Source of the DNA: Promethearchaeota archaeon
GTDB taxonomy: Archaea > Asgardarchaeota > Lokiarchaeia > Sigyniarchaeales > SOKP01
Assembly: GCA_030606485.1 (NCBI GenBank)
Contig: JAUWGH010000003.1
Span: forward strand, 210,001-242,000
Direction of reading: 5' to 3'
Length of the DNA: 32,000 nt
Within the stretch, counting starts at the first letter, position 1; every line of letters begins with the position of its first letter. Shown here piece by piece: positions 18,115 through 27,081 of this stretch. A program made the position numbers and the translations under genes. Under the pieces are notes generated by a model that was not told the DNA's origin, did no database searches, and saw only the letters and a program-made list of their open reading frames with translations.

Positions 18115-18968
18115 AATAAGTGCTCTAAATCAATAATTTCCAATTTAAATTTTGTTAAATCACATTCGGGGTTGAATTTTTCAATATTAGATCGTTTATA
18201 TATTATTCCATTATCACTCCATATTTTCAAATTGATTTTGTTCTCAAAACCTTCATGTAATAATTTCTTATTATAAGAAAAAACATCAAGAATATCATCA
18301 TAAATTAAATACGGGACAAAATGCATTTTCTTTATTTTATTCTTTAAATTTTTCACTTTAACAGAAACAATTTCTGGATAATATTGATCCTTTTTTTCTT
18401 TATAAAATTGTACAATTCTTTTGATATTTTTATTTTCAATTTCAAATTTATTTTGTTCAATTCTTTCCTTAAAGTAAATAAATACATTTTCACAATATTT
18501 TATAAGCTCTGAATGATATTCTTCATTTTTTGAGTCTATTCCTTGATTTTCACAATAAGCATAAAACTTTAAGAATTCTGAAAATAAAAATGTGAAATCA
18601 TCTGTGAGGCTTGGAATATTTGTTTTTAATTCAAGGGATTTTTCAAACCAACGGGTTATTGTTTCTGGTTTTAAAGTTAAGAATGTCTTTTCTTTAAATT
18701 TATTTTTTGCAAAATTTATTAAATTTTTAATTCCAGCTAATAAAAAAGATTTCATATTCAAAACAAGATCCAACTCGTTAATTAGCCGATTCAATTTAAT
18801 CATATCAGGTAATATGAAAAATGTTGATTCACCTTTGAATAATCTATCAATTCTCATTGGAATTGGCATTACGGGAATCCTAAAAATTTCCGAAGTAAAT
18901 ATATCAAAATAGAAGCCCACTGGCGCGAGATCACTCTTATATGTTTTCATTAATTTATTTGAGCTCAT
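18111..18968 (-). CDS. Hypothetical soluble protein
   Basis: 285-aa open frame, co-oriented within the ABC cluster; no family recognised. Confidence 0.65.
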   Translation of the reverse strand: MSSNKLMKTYKSDLAPVGFYFDIFTSEIFRIPVMPIPMRIDRLFKGESTFFILPDMIKLNRLINELDLVLNMKSFLLAGIKNLINFAKNKFKEKTFLTLKPETITRWFEKSLELKTNIPSLTDDFTFLFSEFLKFYAYCENQGIDSKNEEYHSELIKYCENVFIYFKERIEQNKFEIENKNIKRIVQFYKEKKDQYYPEIVSVKVKNLKNKIKKMHFVPYLIYDDILDVFSYNKKLLHEGFENKINLKIWSDNGIIYKRSNIEKFNPECDLTKFKLEIIDLEHLL

Positions 18969-19081
18969 TTTAAGTGTAATAGAAATTTAATAATAGAAGC
19001 ATAATAAAAAAATAATAAAAAAAAGAAAATTTAATTAATTTTTATACATATAGTCAGTTTTATTTATCACATAGGATTGTA

Positions 19082-20719
19082 TTATACGAAATAGATGGTA
19101 TCAAACACATCTTTCATTGCGTTTTGCATGTATCCTCTTAGGTTGGCAACACCGCACCATGGAGCATCGGAGACATAACCATAAGCCCATGGATATATTA
19201 CTTCAGCACAGCGTTGTTGTATATTGTCGTATAATACTTTTCTTGCAGCTGGATCGATTTCAGTTACGGCGGCTTCCATCCATGTTTGTAACTGTGCATC
19301 ATCAATTTTAGCCATATTAGAAGCAATTGCTGTATTTGTCATCAACATATTGATGAAATTGCTTGGATCGTTATAATCAGGAATCCAACCAAGCCACCAT
19401 AGTTCCAACATATTTCTATGAAGGTCACCTACTTCATATCCTCGTTTAATATACTCTCCCCAAGTCATACCAGTATCTGTGATTGCGACTCCAATTTTTG
19501 CAAAATTATCTTGGCATACAATCAACATATCTTCTCGCATTTCATTCCCGATATTATAAGTATAGTTATATGTTGCAAGTGGAGTACTACTTGCAGCTAT
19601 AGCCTCCCAAGCAGCGCCATCAGTTACAGTTAATCCCGCGGTTCCTGGCCAATTTGCATCTAAAAGAGCCTGTCTTGCTATTGTGAGATCGAGAACAGGG
19701 TAATCAAAAGCATCGTTATGATATAATATACCTTTTGGAATGGGTGATGTCATTCTCATGGCATAACCTTGCATGAGTTCATCGATAAGATAGTCATAAT
19801 CAAGAGCGTAACAAAGTGCTTTTCTCATTTCTACCGGAATTAACTCGTTATTTATTCCAAGATATTGAATTGACAAGGATGGTGCTGCATCAACTACTTG
19901 AATATTCGGGTCTGCTTCAAATGTTGGGATCATTGAAAGCATAGCAGAATCAATCAAGGAAATCTCCCCTGTTAATAATGCGGCGTTCTTCGCATCTGCA
20001 TCAGTAATTATTGCGAAAATCATATCATCAACTGCTGGCTTACCATCCCAGTAATTTGGATTTGGAGTGAATGATACCTCAACTTCAGCTTCAGTTCCGT
20101 CATAGATATATGGTCCAGTTCCAACTAGATCTCCAGTTGCTGTATCAATAAGAGCAGTCTTATTAGTTGCTGCAGGTGACATGAAATATGCGCTCCAAGA
20201 AGCTAATAATCCTAAGAGTGGAGCGTATGGTTCATTTAACACGAGCTTTACTGTGTAAGTATCAACTACTACAGTTTCTTTAATAATCCATTCGTGAGAT
20301 GGGAGAACCCATAGTTCTGCTATTTGGATTTCGTCAATCAAGCCATATAATCTGTCAAAATTCCATTTCACTACTGTAGCATCAAAGTCAGTTCCATCAT
20401 GGAATTTAACTCCTTGTCTTAGTACAAATGTAATTTCTTTACTATCAGTGCTCCATGAGTAGGATGTTGCTAAGTTAGGTATAATGGCTAAATCTGGATC
20501 AGCTACATCAACGTCTAATAAACCCTCAACAACAGCATGAATTACATCAATTGAAGCACTATCCCATGCTTGATGTGGATCAAGGTCCACAGGACCATAC
20601 ATCACTCCAAAGACGAATTTACCACCTTTTGGCATATTCATATACACAACCACGCCAGAAACACCTGCTATTGCAATAATAGCAACTATTCCTATTGTTA
20701 TGTATTGTTTTTTTTCCAT
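19082..20719 (-). CDS. Peptide ABC transporter substrate-binding protein (family 5, DppA/OppA-like) with N-terminal membrane anchor
   Basis: N-terminal TM helix, DLDPH, LRQGVKFHDGTDFDA, GTGPY and W..GWIPDYNDP motifs. RBS GTGA upstream. Confidence 0.93.
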   Translation of the reverse strand: MEKKQYITIGIVAIIAIAGVSGVVVYMNMPKGGKFVFGVMYGPVDLDPHQAWDSASIDVIHAVVEGLLDVDVADPDLAIIPNLATSYSWSTDSKEITFVLRQGVKFHDGTDFDATVVKWNFDRLYGLIDEIQIAELWVLPSHEWIIKETVVVDTYTVKLVLNEPYAPLLGLLASWSAYFMSPAATNKTALIDTATGDLVGTGPYIYDGTEAEVEVSFTPNPNYWDGKPAVDDMIFAIITDADAKNAALLTGEISLIDSAMLSMIPTFEADPNIQVVDAAPSLSIQYLGINNELIPVEMRKALCYALDYDYLIDELMQGYAMRMTSPIPKGILYHNDAFDYPVLDLTIARQALLDANWPGTAGLTVTDGAAWEAIAASSTPLATYNYTYNIGNEMREDMLIVCQDNFAKIGVAITDTGMTWGEYIKRGYEVGDLHRNMLELWWLGWIPDYNDPSNFINMLMTNTAIASNMAKIDDAQLQTWMEAAVTEIDPAARKVLYDNIQQRCAEVIYPWAYGYVSDAPWCGVANLRGYMQNAMKDVFDTIYFV

Positions 20720-21096
20720 ATTTAAATCACTTAAATATTTTTGTTTTATTTTAATAATTTTTTAAATACTTTTTATTAAATTGTTGTTACACAATTTTTA
20801 GATATTGTAATTTATAAGTTTTATCTTTTTTTTTTCCTATCTTCCAATGGAGATATATTAAATGAATTATGTTTAAATCGTTAAAAAGTATCGGCTTTGG
20901 CACTTTTTTCTTATTTTGGGCAAATATTCCCATAACTTTATCACTAGTTTTTATTATAAAAGATTTAATATTACTAAGAATTGGAAGATTATTAAAACTA
21001 AGTGAAATAAAAGAGTTCGTTAATTTTCGCTATGCCGCTTAAAATCTATTAATAAAAACCTTAAAATTTTAAAAGATATGGTTTAATGAGTTGAGT

Positions 21097-22854
21097 TTAT
21101 TGTTCATAGTAGAAGTTTTTAATTTCTTGAGTTGTTGTTATTTGAGAAGGAGATTTATCATCTCTGAAGCGCAAGAAAACAGGAAATCGTATTGAAAAAC
21201 CAGTTTTAGATTCAGAAGATTTTCCAGCGTCAAATTTTTCACTTATAGTAATCTCATCACCAATAATTTCTATTACTACTTTAGGTTCAAACCAGATATC
21301 TGGCTCTTCCTTAGCGATAACATTAATTGGTTTTTTCCCAATCTCGTACTCCTTCATTTTCTCTAAGATATCGTCCATAATTTCATCAGTAAATCCTGAA
21401 GCAATTCTTGTTAATGCCTCAAATTTATTATTTTCAGGATTATATATCGCACCTAATAATGTGCCATATACTCCTTTTCTTCTACCACGACCCCAATACC
21501 CTCCAATAAGGACGACATCAACTGAGTCCTTCATTTTTCCTCTTTCTAGACTTTTTAATTTAATCCACAAAAAGCCTCTATTTCCTGGTTGATAAAAAGA
21601 ATCTTCTTTAATGGATTTATTTATAATACCCTCACATCCAATTTCTCGCGATTCATTGAAAAATTCTACCATTTCGTCAGTGTTATTAATCTCTTTAGAA
21701 ACAACTATCTGAAGTTCATCCCGTTTAATAATAATTTCTTCTAACTTCTTTTTCCGTTTAAGAAATGAATGATTAATATATTCTTCTCCTTCACACATTA
21801 AAAGATCAAACAAAAAAACCGTTACAGGAATTTCTTTTGCCATTTTATCAATATCATATTTTCTTCTTCGTTTACTTAATACTTGAAAGGGGAGCATCTT
21901 TTCATAGAAAGGATCCATTGCAATCACTTCACCTTCAAATATAGCTACGTTTGCTTTAATATTCGATTTAATAATTTCACACACATCAGGATATCTATCG
22001 GTTATTTCGAGTAATTGTCTAGAAAATAATTTAATCTCATTATTTTTTTTATGGATTTGAAGGCGTTCTCCATCTAATTTCTGTTCTGCAATAAATTTAG
22101 GACCTAATTTATCCATAATTTCAGAATAATCTAATCTACTAGCGAGCATCATGCGTATTGGAACTCCATAAATAATTTTTAATTTTTTTAATGCATCAAG
22201 ACCTTGAGTAATTAATATTTGAGCGATTTCACCTAAATCAGGATGAATGTTGAATGCACGTTCAATTTCTTCTCTATTATTTTTATTATCGGTTAATCCT
22301 TCAGCTAATGCATCAATAATGGTCATGGTAGACACACCCATCCTTAATGTAGAAGTTATTATTCTAAGCAAAAACTTAGCCTCTAAAGGAGAGCATTTTC
22401 CAAGAATACCTCTTAAAGATCTTAATTTTATATCTTGAGACCCTTTACCTGAAGCTTGCGATATCTTCAATAGCTCTGAATATATCTCTGAAATAGTTAA
22501 TGATTTTGTATCTCTAAATAGGGTTTGTTGTTGCTTTTTTTTCTTTAATATAATCTCAGCAGCTGAACCAATATCACCTTTTTTTAATAAAATCTCCTTG
22601 ATTCTCTTAGGACCCAATCCAGAATGAGTAGATAATGCCTCAATGATCATTTTTTCAGCAAGTCCAATCTTAGGGAATTGTTTTATGTTCGAAGTTAATT
22701 GACCTTGAGAGAGGTATATTACTTTATCAAAATCTATATACTTATTATTTTTCTTTAAATCTCGAAAAAAAGTAGAAAGAATATCTATCTTTTCAAGTCT
22801 TTTGGAAGTCTCCTCAAGGGATGCAAAAATTTTTGTTAAATCCTTAAATTCCAT
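21097..22854 (-). CDS. lig: ATP-dependent DNA ligase (archaeal type)
   Basis: N-terminal DNA-binding domain, motif I EQKLDGER, FEGEVIA, FLFDLL, EGIINK, WIKLK and SIRFPVFLRFRDDK. Confidence 0.96.
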   Translation of the reverse strand: MEFKDLTKIFASLEETSKRLEKIDILSTFFRDLKKNNKYIDFDKVIYLSQGQLTSNIKQFPKIGLAEKMIIEALSTHSGLGPKRIKEILLKKGDIGSAAEIILKKKKQQQTLFRDTKSLTISEIYSELLKISQASGKGSQDIKLRSLRGILGKCSPLEAKFLLRIITSTLRMGVSTMTIIDALAEGLTDNKNNREEIERAFNIHPDLGEIAQILITQGLDALKKLKIIYGVPIRMMLASRLDYSEIMDKLGPKFIAEQKLDGERLQIHKKNNEIKLFSRQLLEITDRYPDVCEIIKSNIKANVAIFEGEVIAMDPFYEKMLPFQVLSKRRRKYDIDKMAKEIPVTVFLFDLLMCEGEEYINHSFLKRKKKLEEIIIKRDELQIVVSKEINNTDEMVEFFNESREIGCEGIINKSIKEDSFYQPGNRGFLWIKLKSLERGKMKDSVDVVLIGGYWGRGRRKGVYGTLLGAIYNPENNKFEALTRIASGFTDEIMDDILEKMKEYEIGKKPINVIAKEEPDIWFEPKVVIEIIGDEITISEKFDAGKSSESKTGFSIRFPVFLRFRDDKSPSQITTTQEIKNFYYEQ

Positions 22855-22904
22855 CTTAAGAAGCCTTTTTTTAAAAAAAATAAGAAGAAATTAATTCTTT
22901 TATA

Positions 22905-23771
22905 TCATTTTAACATTTTTGAAAGTTCTACAAATCTTTCTTGGATAGCGGTCTTTTTTTGAGCGTCTATTCCCTTGAAAGAGTTTATTGAAAATTTAAT
23001 ACCTGTGCCTTCAATTTGAAATTCACACACCGGCCCATCCATAATCTCGACTGCTATACTTCCATCATCCTTTTTACTTGCCCAAACATCATTAAACTCT
23101 TCTAAAATTGAAACTAGGACAAATCCAATTCTTGCATCAGAGATAGTTGGGATTTCTTTTAAGGGTGTTGGCTCTTTTTCAACTGTTTTTGGAGGTTCTT
23201 CAATAGGAATTTTTGGTTCTGGTATTACAGTTTTAGGTATCTCCTTTTTAAGTTCATATTCTGTTGCGGGAGAAATAATTTTCTCTTCTGTCTTTACAGG
23301 TTTTAATTCAGGCTCTGAAATTTCCACTTTTTTCGGTTTTTCTTTAAGTATAGGGACAGAAGGAACTGCTGGTGTGGGCTTAGGGATTTCTTCAGGAGGT
23401 TTTTCTTTGCCAACGAGAGTAAAGGAAATAATATTATCTCCTATCTCTTGGTATTCACGATCTAACAATTTTTGAAATTCTTCATTTACTGCATCTGTTT
23501 CGGGATCCCTACCTATTTTTCTTTCATCAATTTCAATTAATTGTTTAATATCTCTACCCAGAATAGATTTTCCAATTTGATAACCATGTCCCTTAAGCGC
23601 TTCTGCTTGCCTTAAAGCTACTCTACGGGAGACTAAATTTTGTCTTTTTCCATGCCATAGCCATAATTTAAGATTCCCTTCGTCTAAAACAATAATTGAG
23701 CTATCAGATATAAGATTTTCTTTACCCCACTTAATTGGAGTAGAAACTCCACCTTCTTCAACGTTAAACAT
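22905..23771 (-). CDS. Gelsolin-like domain protein with Pro/Glu/Lys-rich linker and an unknown C-terminal domain
   Basis: SIIVLDEGNLKLWLWHGK...RRVALRQA resembles the gelsolin repeat core (hydrophobic strand-D...W.W.G...A..A). Confidence 0.65.
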   Translation of the reverse strand: MFNVEEGGVSTPIKWGKENLISDSSIIVLDEGNLKLWLWHGKRQNLVSRRVALRQAEALKGHGYQIGKSILGRDIKQLIEIDERKIGRDPETDAVNEEFQKLLDREYQEIGDNIISFTLVGKEKPPEEIPKPTPAVPSVPILKEKPKKVEISEPELKPVKTEEKIISPATEYELKKEIPKTVIPEPKIPIEEPPKTVEKEPTPLKEIPTISDARIGFVLVSILEEFNDVWASKKDDGSIAVEIMDGPVCEFQIEGTGIKFSINSFKGIDAQKKTAIQERFVELSKMLK

Positions 23772-23983
23772 TAATAAATATGCTCGTGATTCAGATATTT
23801 TAAAACACCTGTTATTATTAATTTTTGATATTTATGTTTTTATGATTATTTTTTAGATTTACTATTATAATTAATATTAATTTTATTATAGTTAATTATT
23901 TTTTTAAAAACATTTAAAGATTAAAATTACCAATATTGAAATAATTATTATTGAGCGAAAACTAAAAAATTGTTGCATCATAA

Positions 23984-25072
23984 ATGGATTTAGAAAATTT
24001 ACTTAGAGAAGATTTTGACAAGATAGAACAATATATACCAGAAGAACAACCATCTGAAGCAGGATGGATTAAGTTAAACATAAATGAGAATCCATATCCC
24101 CCTCCACGGGTAATTTTAGATGAAATTAAAATGGCGATTAATGATAAGTTAAGATTATATCCCGAGCCAACTGGAAAAGATTTAAGGAAAATGATTAGTT
24201 CAGTTCTTTTAGTAGATAAAAAGACGCTAACTAATCCAAATAACATTTTTATAGATAACGGAGCCGATGGAGTTTTGGAAAATATTATGAAAGCTTTCAT
24301 CAATCCAGGAGATGAGGTAATTTATTTTTATCCAACATATGGATTATATAAAACATTGAGTACGATTTATAAAGCTAAAAAAAATGAAATAAAATTAAAT
24401 GATGATTTCTCAATTCCCGAAAGTGCATATTCACTAAAAGGTAAATTAATATTTATTAATTCACCAAATAATCCAAATGGAAAAGCATTCTCAAATGATG
24501 TAATTTTAAAAATTTGTAAGAATTTTCCAGGAATTGTTATTGTCGATGAGACTTATGGAGATTTCAGTCAAACTACCTCTTTACCTTTATTAAAGGAATT
24601 TAAGAATCTAATGATTGTTAGAACATTTTCTAGCTCATTTTCACTTGCTTCATTGAGAATTGGATACGCTGTTGCAAATGATAAAATCATTAAAGCAATG
24701 AATAAAGTAAGATTACCTTATAATGTTAACTATCTTGCGCAGATTGCCGCTATTTCTTGTATAAAACATCGAGATTTAGTCTTTAAGCAAAACCAGAAGG
24801 TAATTTCAGAAAGGAAAAGATTAGCAGAAGTATTATCTAAATACAATGGAATAAGTGTGGAACCTTCAGATACAAATTTTATATTCGTAAAATTCTCAGA
24901 TAAAAGTATTTGTTTAAAATTTATATGGGATTTAAAAGAAAAAAAAGTATTAGTACGACATATAAGTAGACCCGGATTATATCAATATATGAGAATTACA
25001 ATAGATACACCAGAGAATAATAATAAATTTTTAGAGATATTTAATGAACTTTCAAAAAAATATTTACAATAG
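23984..25072 (+). CDS. HisC-like (class II / fold type I aminotransferase) protein lacking the PLP Schiff-base lysine
   Basis: IKLNINENPY, YPTYGLY, SPNNPNG, VDETY and LRIGY motifs are present, but the consensus RTFSK reads RTFSS. Confidence 0.85.
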   Translation: MDLENLLREDFDKIEQYIPEEQPSEAGWIKLNINENPYPPPRVILDEIKMAINDKLRLYPEPTGKDLRKMISSVLLVDKKTLTNPNNIFIDNGADGVLENIMKAFINPGDEVIYFYPTYGLYKTLSTIYKAKKNEIKLNDDFSIPESAYSLKGKLIFINSPNNPNGKAFSNDVILKICKNFPGIVIVDETYGDFSQTTSLPLLKEFKNLMIVRTFSSSFSLASLRIGYAVANDKIIKAMNKVRLPYNVNYLAQIAAISCIKHRDLVFKQNQKVISERKRLAEVLSKYNGISVEPSDTNFIFVKFSDKSICLKFIWDLKEKKVLVRHISRPGLYQYMRITIDTPENNNKFLEIFNELSKKYLQ

Positions 25073-25109
25073 TAATTAAAAAAAAATAATAGAAAAGAGC
25101 CATTAACTC

Positions 25110-26279
25110 ATGCTTTTTGGAAGAGAATTAGAAAAAATTCAATGTAAAAGTTGTGGTTATGTAATAACTAAACCATTTCCATTGGATCAATTATGCCCAA
25201 ATTGTAAAAAATTTCTTCCAAATTTATTTGAGGTTTTAGCAAAAGCGGAAGATGAGAAAAAACTAATAAAAGGGATTCCAAAAGAAATTCAAAAAGTAAC
25301 TAAAACTCCAGCATCTGAACTTTCTAGTAAAGTAAAAGTGAAAAAAAAAGCGGTTAGGACAATAGAATTATCTAATGATGAAATTGAAGTTAAAACAGGA
25401 GAAGAGTATATTAAATTATTAGGTATTATCACCCAAAATCGGATACCTATATTTTGCAGCAATGTAAGATATAATTATTTACTTGAACTTGCTTGTAATC
25501 TTGATTTTATAGCAAGTAGTATTTTGGGTGGGGAATTAGACCAAATGATGTTAGAATCAATAGAAACTCAAAAAATGGAGAATTGTATTTTTGTAATAGA
25601 TAAAAGCATAATTTATATACTATATGGAAAATTTCCGAATAAAAAAGGGTACTGGCTAATAGAACAAATGAAAAAAAACCTTGATGCCGCCCTAGAGGGC
25701 TTAGATCCAGATCAGTTAGAAAAAATTCAAGCCCATAACATTTCCCTGAAATTGGAATCTGCATTAAAATATTGCATACTGGAATATATTAAACTTCAGG
25801 AAGTATTTAGTGATAAAAAAATCCCATTTGTCGAGGACACACTGAGAGTTCATTATTTTGGATTATCATCTCAATCAATTGGAATTATATCATTATTATT
25901 AGGTGAAGAATTACCAATTGTATATAAAGGTCCAACTTCTTCCCCTCAAGAAGAATTAGAAATAAAAGAGTCATTAGTAACTGCTACGGTAGAAGCGATG
26001 GCAGCAAATACAGCTGGAAATACCGGTGCTATGCCTAGATGGATTGCAGTAAAATTAGGTTTTCAAAATTATCGTTTCTTAACCTTTACACAATTAGAAA
26101 AAGATTATATTATTAATATGTTGAGTGAAGGTAATATTGAAAAACTGGAAAAAGTGGAAAAATTATTACAAAATGTTGTACAAGATGCAGTACAAACCAA
26201 ATTCCACGGTGATTTAAGACCGTTTAATAAATTAAAAACTGATTTAAAAATCTTTTTTGAAAAAAAAGTATTTTCTTAG
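25110..26279 (+). CDS. Hypothetical protein: N-terminal Zn ribbon plus two putative longin-like domains
   Basis: CKSC-x13-CPNC, then two segments with a beta-beta-alpha-beta-beta-beta-alpha-alpha pattern. The fold call is by eye. Confidence 0.6.
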   Translation: MLFGRELEKIQCKSCGYVITKPFPLDQLCPNCKKFLPNLFEVLAKAEDEKKLIKGIPKEIQKVTKTPASELSSKVKVKKKAVRTIELSNDEIEVKTGEEYIKLLGIITQNRIPIFCSNVRYNYLLELACNLDFIASSILGGELDQMMLESIETQKMENCIFVIDKSIIYILYGKFPNKKGYWLIEQMKKNLDAALEGLDPDQLEKIQAHNISLKLESALKYCILEYIKLQEVFSDKKIPFVEDTLRVHYFGLSSQSIGIISLLLGEELPIVYKGPTSSPQEELEIKESLVTATVEAMAANTAGNTGAMPRWIAVKLGFQNYRFLTFTQLEKDYIINMLSEGNIEKLEKVEKLLQNVVQDAVQTKFHGDLRPFNKLKTDLKIFFEKKVFS

Positions 26280-26388
26280 CAGCTTTAATAATAACTATTA
26301 AAAAAAGAAAAGATCATTATTCTTTATCAAAAACATATCCACCAACAACACATTTAAATATTTTGATGCAAAAAGAGATTAAATTCTT

Positions 26389-27081
26389 TTAATTTTTCTT
26401 TCTTCCTTTCAATTTTAATGAATAGAATGTATTTATAAAAATTATAGAATATACCAGAATTACCAGTAATAGATACCACCATTGTGTGAAGATCGCCGTA
26501 ACCCATTCTTGATGGGCAATTGGAAATATAATTAAACTCTCAATAATTAAAACCAAAATTAACCATAAAGGCGCTGTTGAAATGCTGATTAGGAAGCCGA
26601 GAAATCCTAAAACGATCCCAAAAATTACATCAATGAAATAATGGGAACCAAGATAGATCCTACTAAAACATACTAAAAAAGAAATAATAACTAAAAATGG
26701 AATAAGTATCCATAAATTTAATAAAAATATAATTGCACAAGACATCGAAATTATATTGTAACAATGCCATGAAGGAAAACTTGGGGAAATTTGTGGTCTA
26801 TCCAAAAAAATAATTCCATCAATTTGTTGAAAAGGGCGCTTTCTCTTAATGATATATTTTAAAGGCACAACTAAATAGATTCCTGCTAATAAATTTCCTC
26901 CAAGAACGATGAAAATATTTGGATCATACCATATAAATAGAAAAAATGCCAAAATACCTAACCATATAGGTTCCTGACCAAAAAATGCAAAAAATTTAAT
27001 GATAGGAGTTAAATAATTATTCTTAAAACTATTAAGTCTTAAGGTTATTTCTTTATCAAATAGAATAATCTTCTCGAACAT
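26389..27081 (-). CDS. PAP2-family membrane phosphatase (lipid phosphate/undecaprenyl-PP phosphatase-like)
   Basis: Motif 1 KYIIKRKRP, motif 2 PSWH, motif 3 SRIYLGSHYFIDV, and multiple TM helices. Confidence 0.88.
   Translation of the reverse strand: MFEKIILFDKEITLRLNSFKNNYLTPIIKFFAFFGQEPIWLGILAFFLFIWYDPNIFIVLGGNLLAGIYLVVPLKYIIKRKRPFQQIDGIIFLDRPQISPSFPSWHCYNIISMSCAIIFLLNLWILIPFLVIISFLVCFSRIYLGSHYFIDVIFGIVLGFLGFLISISTAPLWLILVLIIESLIIFPIAHQEWVTAIFTQWWYLLLVILVYSIIFINTFYSLKLKGRKKN

Noticed and set aside
20883-20908. Hairpin AAAAAGT...ACTTTTT in the dppA/lig gap.
   Set aside because: A mostly A/T stem about 190 nt past the lig stop. It could be a terminator but cannot be told from chance in this composition.
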